A DNA stretch of 61,907 bases, filler included, from Sphacelaria rigidula (Eukaryota): assembly GCA_964200075.2 (NCBI GenBank). It is 6 parts of 6 records of this genome, joined end to end, with 100 filler letters (N's around TTAATTAATTAA, not from the genome) between each part and the next. Parts side by side here need not be neighbours in the genome. Positions count along the whole stretch, not along the records: positions 20,671 to 30,905 come from CAXNAA020006883.1; positions 31,006 to 41,240 come from CAXNAA020006884.1; 4 more parts are not named here. One strand, 5' to 3'. Under the pieces are notes generated by a model that worked only from the letters and a program-made list of their open reading frames with translations, had not been told where the DNA came from and did not search any database. A program made the position numbers and the translations under genes. Below are positions 24,706-35,915 of the stretch, piece by piece (the first letter of the stretch is position 1; every line of letters starts with the position of its first letter).

Positions 24706-27229
24706 TTCTGCCGTGCCCCTTGTACACTACAACGCACGTTCGAAGCTAAATACGTCTTGCATATATTGCATGCGGATACGGTCCATGGAACTGTACACCA
24801 CGGCTGGCGTATTGCATGCAGTATTATCAACGTCAAACGGCTCGTATTCTAGCGTTGTACGTCAATGCACGTACATCACCTCAAAAAAGCTGAGAAGAGT
24901 CACGATCTCGGAACGATTTCCCCCGATTTTTTCGAAAAATCCTGGGAAACCGTTCCGAGATCGTGAGCCCCCCCATTTTCCCGCTCCCGACTTGGTCCAA
25001 ATCCGTGTTCATACAATGTGTTCCCCGATATTTTTGTCCCCCTATTTCGAGAAAGTCGAGATTCGTGCTTGCCATAAACTTTCGGTCTAAGCAGTACATA
25101 AACCAGTTTTGTTCCGAAAGACGAAATCGGAACAAAATAAGTACAGTACCGTACGAGGATTGTACAGATTGTCATTATTCATGTGGTGTCTCAGTAGAGA
25201 TTAATGTTGTTTGCCAGTGTGAAGAAGGAAGCAGCTTGGTTGGGAGGCTGATTTAGCCATGGTTGTCGAGGCAGTTTGTCATCATTCTGAGGTGCAGTTC
25301 ATTCTTGCACAATCTCACCTGCCGACCCCCTTGCACTTCCCGATTTCTAGTTCTTATATTTTCCCCTTGAGTTCACCACGGATGCTTACCCGTAAATTCT
25401 TGAATTCAGAAAAAAAAGAAGCGAGCGTAAGATTTTCAACTACGAATTTTCAACATATATCACGCTCTGTTATTGTACATTAATTCGAGTTGTGAAGTTG
25501 GACGTCTTGACAAAACGATACGATCATCGGATGCGACGATCGTGACATACGATGACGCAGCAACGAAACCTCCGTTGTTGTTGGACCTCACAGCGCAAGA
25601 ACCGCAAGATTGGAGGCACTTGGGCAAAAGTATTGACGTGCAATCCTACCCCACCCACCCCCCGGTACATTCGCTAACCGTAGATGTGTAAGATCCCCAA
25701 GTCTCACAGTTGGGATTCAACGTCCGGAGAGCGTCTCAGACACCGGCCGGAGCAGTCCGAACCTGAGATACGGTACCGCAATCGATCTCGAAGTAAGAGT
25801 ACCACAACGCCCTTGATGCAGAAATACCGTGGGAAGGATGAGTCCTGAAGATCGGGGGCACCTGTCTACATTCCCCTCGTTCCCGCTGATAATCGTGGGT
25901 TTTGAACGGACTTGGGTATGCATATGTTTGGGAATGATAACCTCTCCCATGAACCCGCGACTCCTACGCTCGGAAAATAAAGAAGACCACACGGCTAACA
26001 CGTTGTGCCCATCTAGCCTTGTCCCGTATTCTCCGAACAGGTTGTGAAGTGCCTGCACGATTCCCAGCGCCATCCCCTCCGACACATGCCACATCCGCGG
26101 TTGACAGCACACCTCGACCGACATACTCCGAACGTACAGCATCGGTTGGAAATCCGCGGGAGATCGCCGAGGGTCATGCCGGCGAAGTGGGCGCAGTGAG
26201 AAAGTAGCCGAGGCCCCCATCATACGAGGAAGAGACGGCGACTGTACTTTCGCGCGAGCACTACTAGAGAAACACAAAGGACCCTTGATCGTAACATACG
26301 GGGGTAGAATACCGCCTGCGCTGAGCAGCTTCACGCTAAGGTCTGCGGAAGAAGAGGGAGGCATCGGGGAGGAGGGGGGGAGCAACCTATGACGACAGCC
26401 GCCGCCAGAAGCTGACCTGAAGCAGCTACGTTCTGGACGGGTGCGGTCGATGAGGGGCGAGAAAGCGCCGGCGCTTTGAGCTACGGGCTGGTGTGTGTGG
26501 CCCCGAAGTGGGACGCGGCAGGGAGGATAGGCAAGCTTCCAGGGGGGGGCGGTGGAGACGGGAACGACAGTAGCGGCGTCAAGCGCGAGTGGTCTCGGCG
26601 GCGGTGTTGCGATGGCTACCCGTCCGTGCAATCCAGCGGCGGCATCAGTAGGGTGGGGAGGGCGGAGGATCGACGATGCCGCCGGTGGCGGCAGCTGTGG
26701 AGTGCGGAGGTGTCGATGGCAACGATATGATGGAGGCGACCCCCCGGACATATCTTGAGGCGGTGAAAGGCAGAGGGCGAGGCGGGACGGCGCCGGCGCC
26801 GAGGGGGGGGGCATAGCAGCGGGAACACATGTGCAAGATGCGGGGGCTCCCCATCGTTCTACTCATGACTCGCAACCATATCTCATGTGGTGGCGTGATG
26901 GCAGTGGGCCTGACTGGCGTATTCATAGCGCAGCTGGATCCGGTATAGGTGATGGTGAGATGCCCACAATCCACGTCATCATCCGCCCCGTGACCTTTTT
27001 CAAGAAGTACTCGAAGAAATGGCTAGTCACTTTCATCGATACTGATCAGTAGATACTTGTAGTATTGGCCATGTCCTGCGGGCATATCGAGCCGCAGGGT
27101 CCCAACGCGGTCCAAGTAACTGCCAAGCGCATTGTTTCACGGGGGGCCCGATACATCCTGATAAAGAGAGTGTACAGCGCAATCGTGAGTCTGAGGAACG
27201 AGAGTGGAAGTGCTTGGCCTCCCGACGGA

Positions 27230-28259
27230 CAGTAAAATTGGCTGACGCATCTTGGAAAAGTTGCGCTGTTCGTTTTCATCTGCCTATTGGCTGGCTGTGA
27301 CTTACTGCCACGTGTGTCCGGGATTCCTTTCCTCAAGAGAGGGTAATTCGCGATTAAGGCCTTGAGAACGCCAAATCTGTTCACGGAATCGGATAGTGGT
27401 GATCATGGGCGGTAGGGCGAGGGTGACTGTCAACGAGGGAGTGAAGCGGTTTGCCACGGTTTTTTACTTCAGGTACGAAACCGCTTTTGCGCAAATCGCC
27501 GTAAATCCTGGACTTCTGTTCACCACGTGGGGGCGGAACTTGGAGAGGAGTCGAATACAGCGCGGGAGGGAACCTCAAAAGATTCCTCAAAAATCAAAGA
27601 AAGGCTTGAAGAAGACTGCGCCAAGCGGCTGTTCCGGCAGCTCGTGACAGGAGTGAGTATGCCTTGCAGGGTACCATCCGCTTGCATATTTCGGCTGTCG
27701 AACTGAAGATCAAGATGCCGGAACGACGATGGTTGCTGGAGGACGGAGCTCTACAACTTTGTGACCTTTACGGTTTGAGCTGGAAACAAAGAAGCAGTGC
27801 GCGGAGGACTCACAGCACTCGGCTGTGAAAACCCAGTCGCCTTGTCTTTATTTTCAAGTGGTTACATGCCACTTGAACAAGTACCCCCGCTAACGATAAT
27901 TGAGCCTGAGATGTTTTTCCTTGTGAATTCGGAAGTCCCTTGCGCGGTGGCAAGCTGATAGTACGAAACTGCCTTGCGTTTGTGCCATGATCATGATTCA
28001 GCGGGAATCGCTTTTGGGCCTTGTTCCAAGCATCAGGTCACCTTGTTGTTGTTGCAACCGTTGAGACAACACCCGATCGGTACGCGTTCACTAGTTTGTG
28101 CACAAAATCACCAGGAAGCATGCCTTCACGACCACAGGGTCCTTCACGGCGACGTGAAGTTAGCTCACGCCGTGCTAGATGTCAGCTGCCAGAGCGTGAA
28201 GCTCATCGACTTCGGCTTCAGCAAGATACTCAAAAGAGGTCTTCAGACCCATTCTTGTG
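27230..28259 (+). pseudogene. Ser/Thr protein kinase pseudogene (CAMK-group-like), subdomains I-VII
   Basis: HLGKVA (27248, decayed G-loop) is in frame with FAIKAL (27347). Then EYSAGGNLKRFL and RLEEDCAKRLFRQLVTG end at a GTGAGT donor (27653). The phase-0 exon 28115-28259 encodes ..LHDHRVLHGDVK..VKLIDFGFSK..THSCG and ends at a phase-1 GTGAGT. Stops and frameshifts are present. Confidence 0.8.
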
Positions 28260-30905
28260 GTGAGTATACATTGTCTTGTATCCACGGGGAAGCAGCATTC
28301 AACCAATTGATTCTACGCTCAAAAGGCGGAGAAAACCTCAGGCTGGGCGACCGTAAAAGAAGGCGAGCCACGTACTTGATGTAATGGTTGGCTGGAGAAC
28401 GATACGCACGATGCACGGGATGATGTTGGATGGCATGTTGTGGGCAAAGAACACCGAACGCAGGCCATCAGGTGCTGACCTCGCCGCACTGTCCGAAGTG
28501 GCTCGCCTTCTTTTACCGTAGTCCAGCCTGAGGTTTTCTGCGCCTTTCGAGCGCAGTATCAATTTGTTAAATGCTGCTTCCTTGTGGATAGAAGACAATG
28601 TGTACTCACCACGAGGATAGATCAGAAGACCTTTTTCTAGTACCTTGCCGGTGCCAAAATAAATGAGCTTCACACTCCAGCAGCTGGCATCCAGGACGGC
28701 GTTTGCTAGCTTGACGTCGCCGTGAAGGACCCTGTGGTACTGAAGGTACCATACCAAATGACGAGGTAGCATACCTTCACGACCACAGGGTCCTCCACGG
28801 CGACATGAAACCAGCTAACCCCGTGTCAGATGCCAGCTGCCAGAGCGTGAAGCTCATTGACTCCGGCTTCAGCAATATACAAAAGTATACATTGTCTACT
28901 ATTCACAGGGAAGCAGCATTCAACAAATTGATTCTGCGATCGAAAGGCGCAGAAAACCTCACGCTGGACTACGGTAAAAGAAGGTGAGCAACGTACTTGG
29001 TTTGCTGGTTGGCGCGGGACCGATACGCACGATCCACTGGATGATGTTGGATTACATGCCGTGGGAAAATAACGCCGAACTCTGGCCATCAGGTGCTGAC
29101 GTCGCCGTACTGTTCCAAGTGTGTTTCTCGCCTTATTTTACCGTAGTGTAATGCGTGAGAAGACCGCGTGCTTAGAGGACCGTCTCGGGATTTGAACATC
29201 CCTATGGTTTGGGTTACGGTTAGGGTTAGTGTTGGGATTGAGGTCAGAGGCGTGGTCCCTGCAGGGACTTGCCGGATTGGTTTTGAAAAACGTCGATTGT
29301 GAAATGTTTCGAGCCACGGCCCGGTCCTCTAAGCTCGCGGTCCTCTCACGCATTACAGTAGTCCAGCCTGAGGGTTTCTGCGCCGTTGAAGCGCAGAATC
29401 AATTTGCTGGTTGCTGCTTCCCTGTGGATAGAAGACAATGTATCTTAACCACAAGAACGGGTCAGAAGGCCTTCTTTCATCATCCTGCTGAAGCCGCAGT
29501 CAAAGAGCTTCACGCTCTGGCAGCAGGCATCCGGGACGGCGTTTGCTAGCTTGACAAAGCCGTGAAGAACCCTGTGGTCGTGGAGGTATCATACCTAGTC
29601 ATTTTGTGCACAAAATGACCCGGTAGCATACCTTCACGACCACAGGGTCCTCCACGGCGACATGAAGATAGCGAAAACCGTGCCAGAGGCCAGCTGCCAG
29701 AGCGTGAGGCTCATTGACTTCGGCTTCAGCAAGGCGCTAGAGTATACAGCAAGATACAAGAGTATACATTGTCTTTTTCTCACGGGGAAGCAGCGTTCAA
29801 CAAATTGATTCTGCGCTCAAAAGTCACAGAAAACCTCAGGCTGGACTACGGTGAAAGAAGGCGAGCCACGATCTTGGTTTGCGGGTTGGCTGGGGAACGA
29901 TCCGCACGATCCACTGGATGATGTTGGATGACATGTTGTCGGAAAATAACACCGAGCTCTGGCCATCAGGTGCTCACCTCGTCGTACTGTTCCAAGTGTG
30001 TTTCTCGCCTTTTTTTACCGTCGTCCAGCGGGAGATTTCCTACGCCTTTCGAGCGCAGAATCAATTTGATGAATGCTGCTCCCCTGTGGATAGAAGACGA
30101 TGTATACTCACCTCAACAACGGGTCAGAAGAGCTTCACATCCTGCTGAAGTCGCTGTCAAAAAGCTTCACGCTCTGGCAGCGGGCATCGAGGACGGCGTT
30201 AGCGAGCTTCACGTCGCCGTGAAGGACCCTGTGGTCGTGAAGGTATGCTTCCTCGCTCCAATTTTGCGGGGTAGCATACTTTCACGACCACAGGGTCCTT
30301 CACGGCGACGTGAAGCTAGCTCACGCCGTGCTAGATGTCAGCTGCCAGAGCGTGAAGCTCATTGACTTCGGCTTCGGCAAGATACTCGAAAGAGGTCTTC
30401 TGACCTGTTTTCGTGGTGAGTATACGTTGTCTTGTATCCGAGGGGAAGCAGCATTCAACAAATTGATTCTGCGCTCCAAAGTCGCAGAAAACCTCAGGCT
30501 GGACTACGGTGAAAGAAGGCGTGCCACGATCTTGGTTTGCGGGTTGGCTGGGGAACGATACGCACGATGCACGGGATGATGTTGGATGACATGTTGTCGG
30601 AAAATAACACCGAGCTCTGGCCATCAGGTGCTCACCTCGTCGTACTGTTCCAAGTGTGTTTCTCGCCTTCGTTTACCGTAGTCCAGCCGGAGGGTTTCTA
30701 CGCCTTTCGAGCGCAGAATCAATTTGATGAATGCTGCTCCCCTGTGGATAGAAGACGATGTATACTCACCTCAACAACGGGTCAGAAGAGCTTCACATCC
30801 TGCTGAAGTCGCTGTCAAAAAGCTTCACGCTCTGGCAGCGGGCATCGAGGACGGCGTTAGCGAGCTTCACGTCGCCGTGAAGGACCCTGTGGTCGTGAAG
30901 GTATG
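28095..30905. repeat. Alternating inverted array of the kinase HGDVK/DFG exon (at least 8 copies; four palindromic units of ~650 bp)
   Basis: Exon copies: + 28115-28259, - 28610-28754, + 28766-~28880, - 29450-29594, + 29623-~29765, - 30112-30251, + 30271-30415, - 30770-30905 (cut by the contig end). Each carries ~110 bp of downstream intron. Confidence 0.92.
29146..29358. mobile_element. Tc1/mariner-type MITE with TA TSD and internal telomere-like tract
   Basis: TA|GTGTAATGCGTGAGAAGACCGCG..CGCGGTCCTCTCACGCATTACAG|TA. The empty site (ACCGTAGTCCAGCC) is visible in paralogous array units. Confidence 0.85.
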
Positions 30906-31005
30906 NNNNNNNNNNNNNNNNNNNNNNNNNNNNNNNNNNNNNNNNNNNNTTAATTAATTAANNNNNNNNNNNNNNNNNNNNNNNNNNNNNNNNNNNNNNN
31001 NNNNN
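30906..31005. other. Artificial contig spacer 3
   Basis: Same structure. Confidence 0.97.
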
Positions 31006-33660
31006 CTCTGCATTCCCCCCCGCCCCGCCCCCTCCCACACAACCTGGCGGAGAGCCACACAATATCGAAGGCAGTGTAAATAGCGCTACATATTGCAGTC
31101 CTTTCTCTGTCCATAACGTCTCAAACAAGTCGAACGTCAGGATATCCAGCGTTTTTGTTTGGAAGCATGTCGTCAGGTTCCTCGGCTGCCATGTCTTCTG
31201 ACGGGGAATGCTTGCTTTCTGCACGGATTCCGGGACGATTTGTTTTCTATGACGATCAAGTTTTAAACGACTCATGAGTGAACCGACTTTCGGGGGTCCT
31301 ACGAATACACAGTCTCAGGTTTCGAGGTCGTTGACATTTCCGCTTGATCGAGCTCATCGCGATTGCTCTGGCCGACACAATATACCCCCCCCCCCCCATG
31401 ATTTTGCTATCACCAGTTGTTGATTATCGCGCTGGAGTGGAAGAAGAGATGCTTCGTTCCAAAGTAGGAGTGATTACCCCCCCCTTACCCCCACGAATCG
31501 ACTTTTCTCTCCGTAGTTCCCCGACAACACAAAGTTGGGAATAATTCCCTCCAAACGACCAAAAAGGGTTCTCACCAACTCGACGCTCACATCCAGTTGA
31601 GTGTATTTCTACTTGTTCTTATCAAACCCTGAGGCGAACGCTATTCCACACTCCAACCCAAGGCAGACTGAGGACTCTCGGGCAAGAGGGGTGACCGCGG
31701 AGCCCTAGACGAGGTGTGCGTTTGCAAATCTCGAATCGGCGCTGCAGCCGCCCGTTTGAGCCGTTGAGGATGCTGGGCGAGCCCTTGGAAATGAGCCTGT
31801 GACAACCCCAGTATGATGGTCTGCACTAAAAACAAGTATTTTCCAACCGTGGACATGGGGCGTCGAGTTGACGACAGGTGTCCTGACACGACCTGTTTCT
31901 GGCGTCAGTATCTGACAGGAGTCATTGGGAGTCGTTGGGGGTGGAAACGCAAAGCAGACGGCAAGGAAGAAATACGTCTAGATAAAACAAGCGAGCGTTG
32001 ACTTCTGTACATGTCACACGATGGTGTCCAACACCGTCACCGTCCTCCCGACGTACTGTAGACTAGGGAACTGACCTTCCCGCCAAAGGTTACACGTCAT
32101 ACTGTGCCGTCTGTGTAGTGATGTGCTCCTACTGTTGTCCATCGCTTGAAGGTGAGTCCATGGCGACTACACCAATTGAGGTAGACAGGATCTATAATGG
32201 TGATGGTCCTAGCTCCATATTATTTATACGCGTGTCAGCAAGCACAGCAACGAGACATGCATCCGCGTAGAGAGTGGACCTCTCTTTCAGTTGACTTGCA
32301 CGTCCTCTGTTGAGCGTTGTTGCTTGTTTCCAGGAATATGTGTTCGTGTCGTGCCAGACTAGTGATAAATATGCAGTCTGGATACTGGTGAATAGCTCCA
32401 TGTATTTAGGGGGAGCACGGCATTCACTGGATACCACCCCCTCGCCCCCCTTCCCGAAGATAGAAGTCCAGAAAGAAAAGCTTATTTCCCGTCACGTCCC
32501 GTCCCGTCGCCTTCGAGAGTCCGGGGATTCCCGTCACGTCCCGTTTTGTCGTGAAGAGCCGTGGAACTTTCCCGGCCTTTTCGTTGCAGCATCGAGTCCG
32601 TGGGCACTTTCACAAAATACTATCTAACAAGATACCCTACAGTCTTTGTTGTACAAGATGGTGAGTACCGTGTTCTTTCATTGGTCCTATGACGTACATA
32701 CTACGATCTCGCTCACCAAAGCATTTCATGGGGTACCCTTAAAGGTTGGGGCAGAAAACATCCATCCTGCAACTCGAGCAACGCGATAGGAGTGGTCAAC
32801 CTTCCCACGAATACCAAGGTCGCCACATCAAGCAAGCAAGTAAGAGGGGATCCTGAAATATGAGGTTGAACATTAAAATGATATTCGACTACAAAATAGT
32901 ACTTTTCCTGGCCTACGGTAATGAAAATTGACTTTTATATGGAGGATCTCATGCCCCCCGACCTCCTTGAAACTATTTGTTGTGGGGGTTTCCCGTCTTT
33001 CGTTTCCCTAAAGGGTATGCATATGCAAAAGCACTCTTTTGCCTCGATTTCGGGGTGAAAAAACGAACGCTCTGAGCTCGCAAATGGCGCTTTCGCACAC
33101 ATCCTGTGGGGGAACGGAAGACAGCAAATCCTCCAAGATACTTTCAGGGAGGTCGGGGGGGGTATACGATCGTCCATATGAAAGGAATTTGTCCTGATCT
33201 TAGGTCAGAGAAAGCATTGTTTTCGAATTGAACGTCATGTGAATGTTCAACTTCGTTTTTCTGGATCCTCTCTTAACCCCTTGATCGCGAGAGAGTCCAT
33301 CTGGACCATGCATACGTTTTTCAAGTGAAATTGATGCCGATTCGACAGATGACCTACTCTTGTCGCTGTCTAAAGATCCAATTCTAGAACCAACACACGC
33401 GGCCATTTGGCCACTCCCAAAAGTCCCACAAAAATCTACCGCTTCAGAGGGGGAAAAGCCCCTGGAAGCGTTTAATCCCGGTGGAGGGTGGATAACACCT
33501 CCCTCCACAGGAATTATCAACACTGCTAGAGCATTAGCCCACGCAAAGTCACTGTAGAGGTAAGGAGATGGAGCCCCCCTTGAGCGGTTATGTGCACTTT
33601 GGAGGATCCAACACAATATAAATCCCTCAAGAGGTCACTAATTCCTCTAGCGTTGTTGAA

Positions 33661-33746
33661 TATCTCTGGAGGGGTCAATTTTGAAAACATATATCTCTGG
33701 AGGGGTCAATTTTGACAACATTAAGCCCTCTAGAGGGGTCAATTTT
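33661..33746 (+). repeat. Three ~31-bp direct repeats (CTGGAGGGGTCAATTTT)
   Basis: Direct inspection; resembles transposon subterminal repeats. Confidence 0.65.
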
Positions 33747-34239
33747 CGTGTGGGGGGATTTTCGAGGTCAGCCAAATGGCCGCGTGTGAAACGTTGCACC
33801 ATATTGCCGACATGACCGTCGGTTTTTGTCGTGCAGGTGAGGTATCTCCAATTCGAGGTTCCCGGTATCATATTTACCCGTTAGACAGCGAGCATCGCCT
33901 CGGAACATTTTCACAGGCTGAGAGTCCAGTGACATCCGTGGATTTCCCGGGGACTGGATGGTGTTTTTTCACCGGGAGGTGAGGCCATGTTCGCAGAACA
34001 GCCGTTAAGCTCAACGAGGCAACCTTGACTTGTGTGCGTGGAAGTTTTCCACGGAAAATGATAAGCCAGGAACGAGGCTCGAGAGGAGCGGAGTCACGAT
34101 TCTGACCGATCAAGGCGATCAAAATGTCACTTTCTTCCCCTACTGTTGGACTACAGGTGAACTACTTCGCTGCCTAGCCGTAAAGCTCATTTTGGTCAGA
34201 ACGATTCAACCATACGTTACATGGGCACACATGAGTCTT

Positions 34240-34590
34240 GTACTTGCGCGCTGAAGATCCTGGTAGAACGTCGGTTGGAAACTCCTCAAATTGCGGCCAG
34301 CATGGAACTTTTTGTGTGACACCACTGCGTCGCTGATCTCTAAGTGATACGGAAGACTCCAGTCATGGAGGCCACGGGTTCGAATCTCGACATATCCTCT
34401 CTTTTTTCGCAGAATCTGGTTCCGTCGTTGAAGTCACATGTGAAAGGTTCATTTTTGTTGTTATCGTTGTTGGGCGGCACACCGTGCATGGCCAAATTCA
34501 TCTGCAGTTCACAGCGATATTCTGAAATCGGGCTGATTCGTCAGGAAACTTGACAAGTTGTTCTGTGCTGCGCGTTTGTAAGCTTCACGA
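34240..34590 (+). repeat. Dispersed repeat family R2 copy with internal tRNA-like segment
   Basis: Collinear similarity with 43845-44210: GAAGATCCTGGTA.., ACTCCA-N-ATGGAG, GGGTTCGAATC B-box-like motif, ATCTGCAG..TCGGGCTGATT..AAACTTGA. Confidence 0.6.
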
Positions 34591-34622
34591 TTGACCCAGC
34601 TCGTATGAATAGATCACAGGCA

Positions 34623-34935
34623 CCGTAGGTAAGGTAGGTACCCGGTACCGGTATTTGAGACATCTCATACCCTACCGATACCGGTCGAATCGGGTATTTT
34701 CAAATGTCATGTACCTACTGTACGATACCCACGACACCACGGTATTACCAGATGTCGATACCTATCGTACCCGCTCGATCGGATGTTTTCAAAACTCATG
34801 CCTACGATATTTACGATACCACGGTATTTCGATATGTCGATACCTACCGTACCCGCTCCATCGGGTATTTTCAAAACTCATACCTACGATACCCACGCAT
34901 ACCACGTTATGGAATACCCCGGTGAATACCGGGCG
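34623..34935 (+). repeat. Copy of MITE family with ~75-bp internal tandem units (CCTACGATACCACGGTATTTCG..)
   Basis: Same terminus (CGTAGGTAAGGTA) and units as 35916-37017. Confidence 0.7.
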
Positions 34936-35915
34936 CGATGCACTCCCCACGGTGCAGCAACTGGTCCCAACTTACGCAAAGAAAGGCCGAAAGTTGTCGA
35001 AGCAGGTACGTCTTGTTTTCACAAGTAACATTTGCCCAGATTCGCCCTTATTTTCGTGTTTGGACCAATTCGAATGAACTTACTGATATGTAGTCTAATG
35101 TTCTTGGTAAATGGATATAAATATTGTATCATCATTACGATGCTATACATTGTTTCATCATTCATGTCGAAGATGAGCATCGCACACAAAAATATTCCAC
35201 GCAAGCAAGCAGAGAGAAAAAGAAACGAAAAGGAGGAAAAGCAGTAAAAGAACGCGAGGGGCCGCAGGAGGCATACAAAATAGACAACAAGGTGCCAAAA
35301 TACCGATCAAATAACCTTGCATATTCTTGCATTTGTATATTCCGTGAATACTGAGCCAGTGCCGGGTGCTCTGAATGAAAAAATACAACTGCATGGATGG
35401 AGAGGCAAACCCTGCTCTTCCGCACTACTGTACTGCTCCTGCCCTCACGTACCACTGCAATAATGCCTTAAAGCCATAAATTACGGCGCTAACCCCTCGA
35501 AATGAAAATTGAGTCATTCATTGAATTTCAAATTCGCGCTTACTACTGCTCTATTTTCCGAGTACTTTAGTATCTGCACCCACGCCAACAACCACGAAAA
35601 TCACCACGCGGTACTCATGATCGATCCATGGATTGGGTGTCTCACCCTGTCAGCTGTTTGCAACAATAATCCAGCTGGTGGTGAGGGCGAAGAGTATAAA
35701 AAACAAGAAAAGTCATGCGAGCGCCCGACAGCAACAAGGAAAAATAAGAGTCCCACGATATAGAGGTATGGACCACAAAATAACGAAAACAAAGAGAGCC
35801 AAATAATATGCTACTAGCATCGCTCCAACAGCACGGGCGCAGGCATGTCGCACGGCGCATCAGCTGCGATTCACGCCCTGGATCTCGTTGTCTCCCTCGC
35901 TAAGATGATCGGGAA

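Noticed and set aside
25717-26814. 365-aa minus-strand ORF as a gene
   Set aside because: Low-complexity Pro/Ser/Ala sequence with no domain. It is probably the antisense shadow of a decayed plus-strand GC-rich exon upstream of the kinase pseudogene.
32935-33177. hAT dimerisation-like ASSERSF motif
   Set aside because: Too short, and the surrounding W/P residues expected for the domain are not convincingly present.
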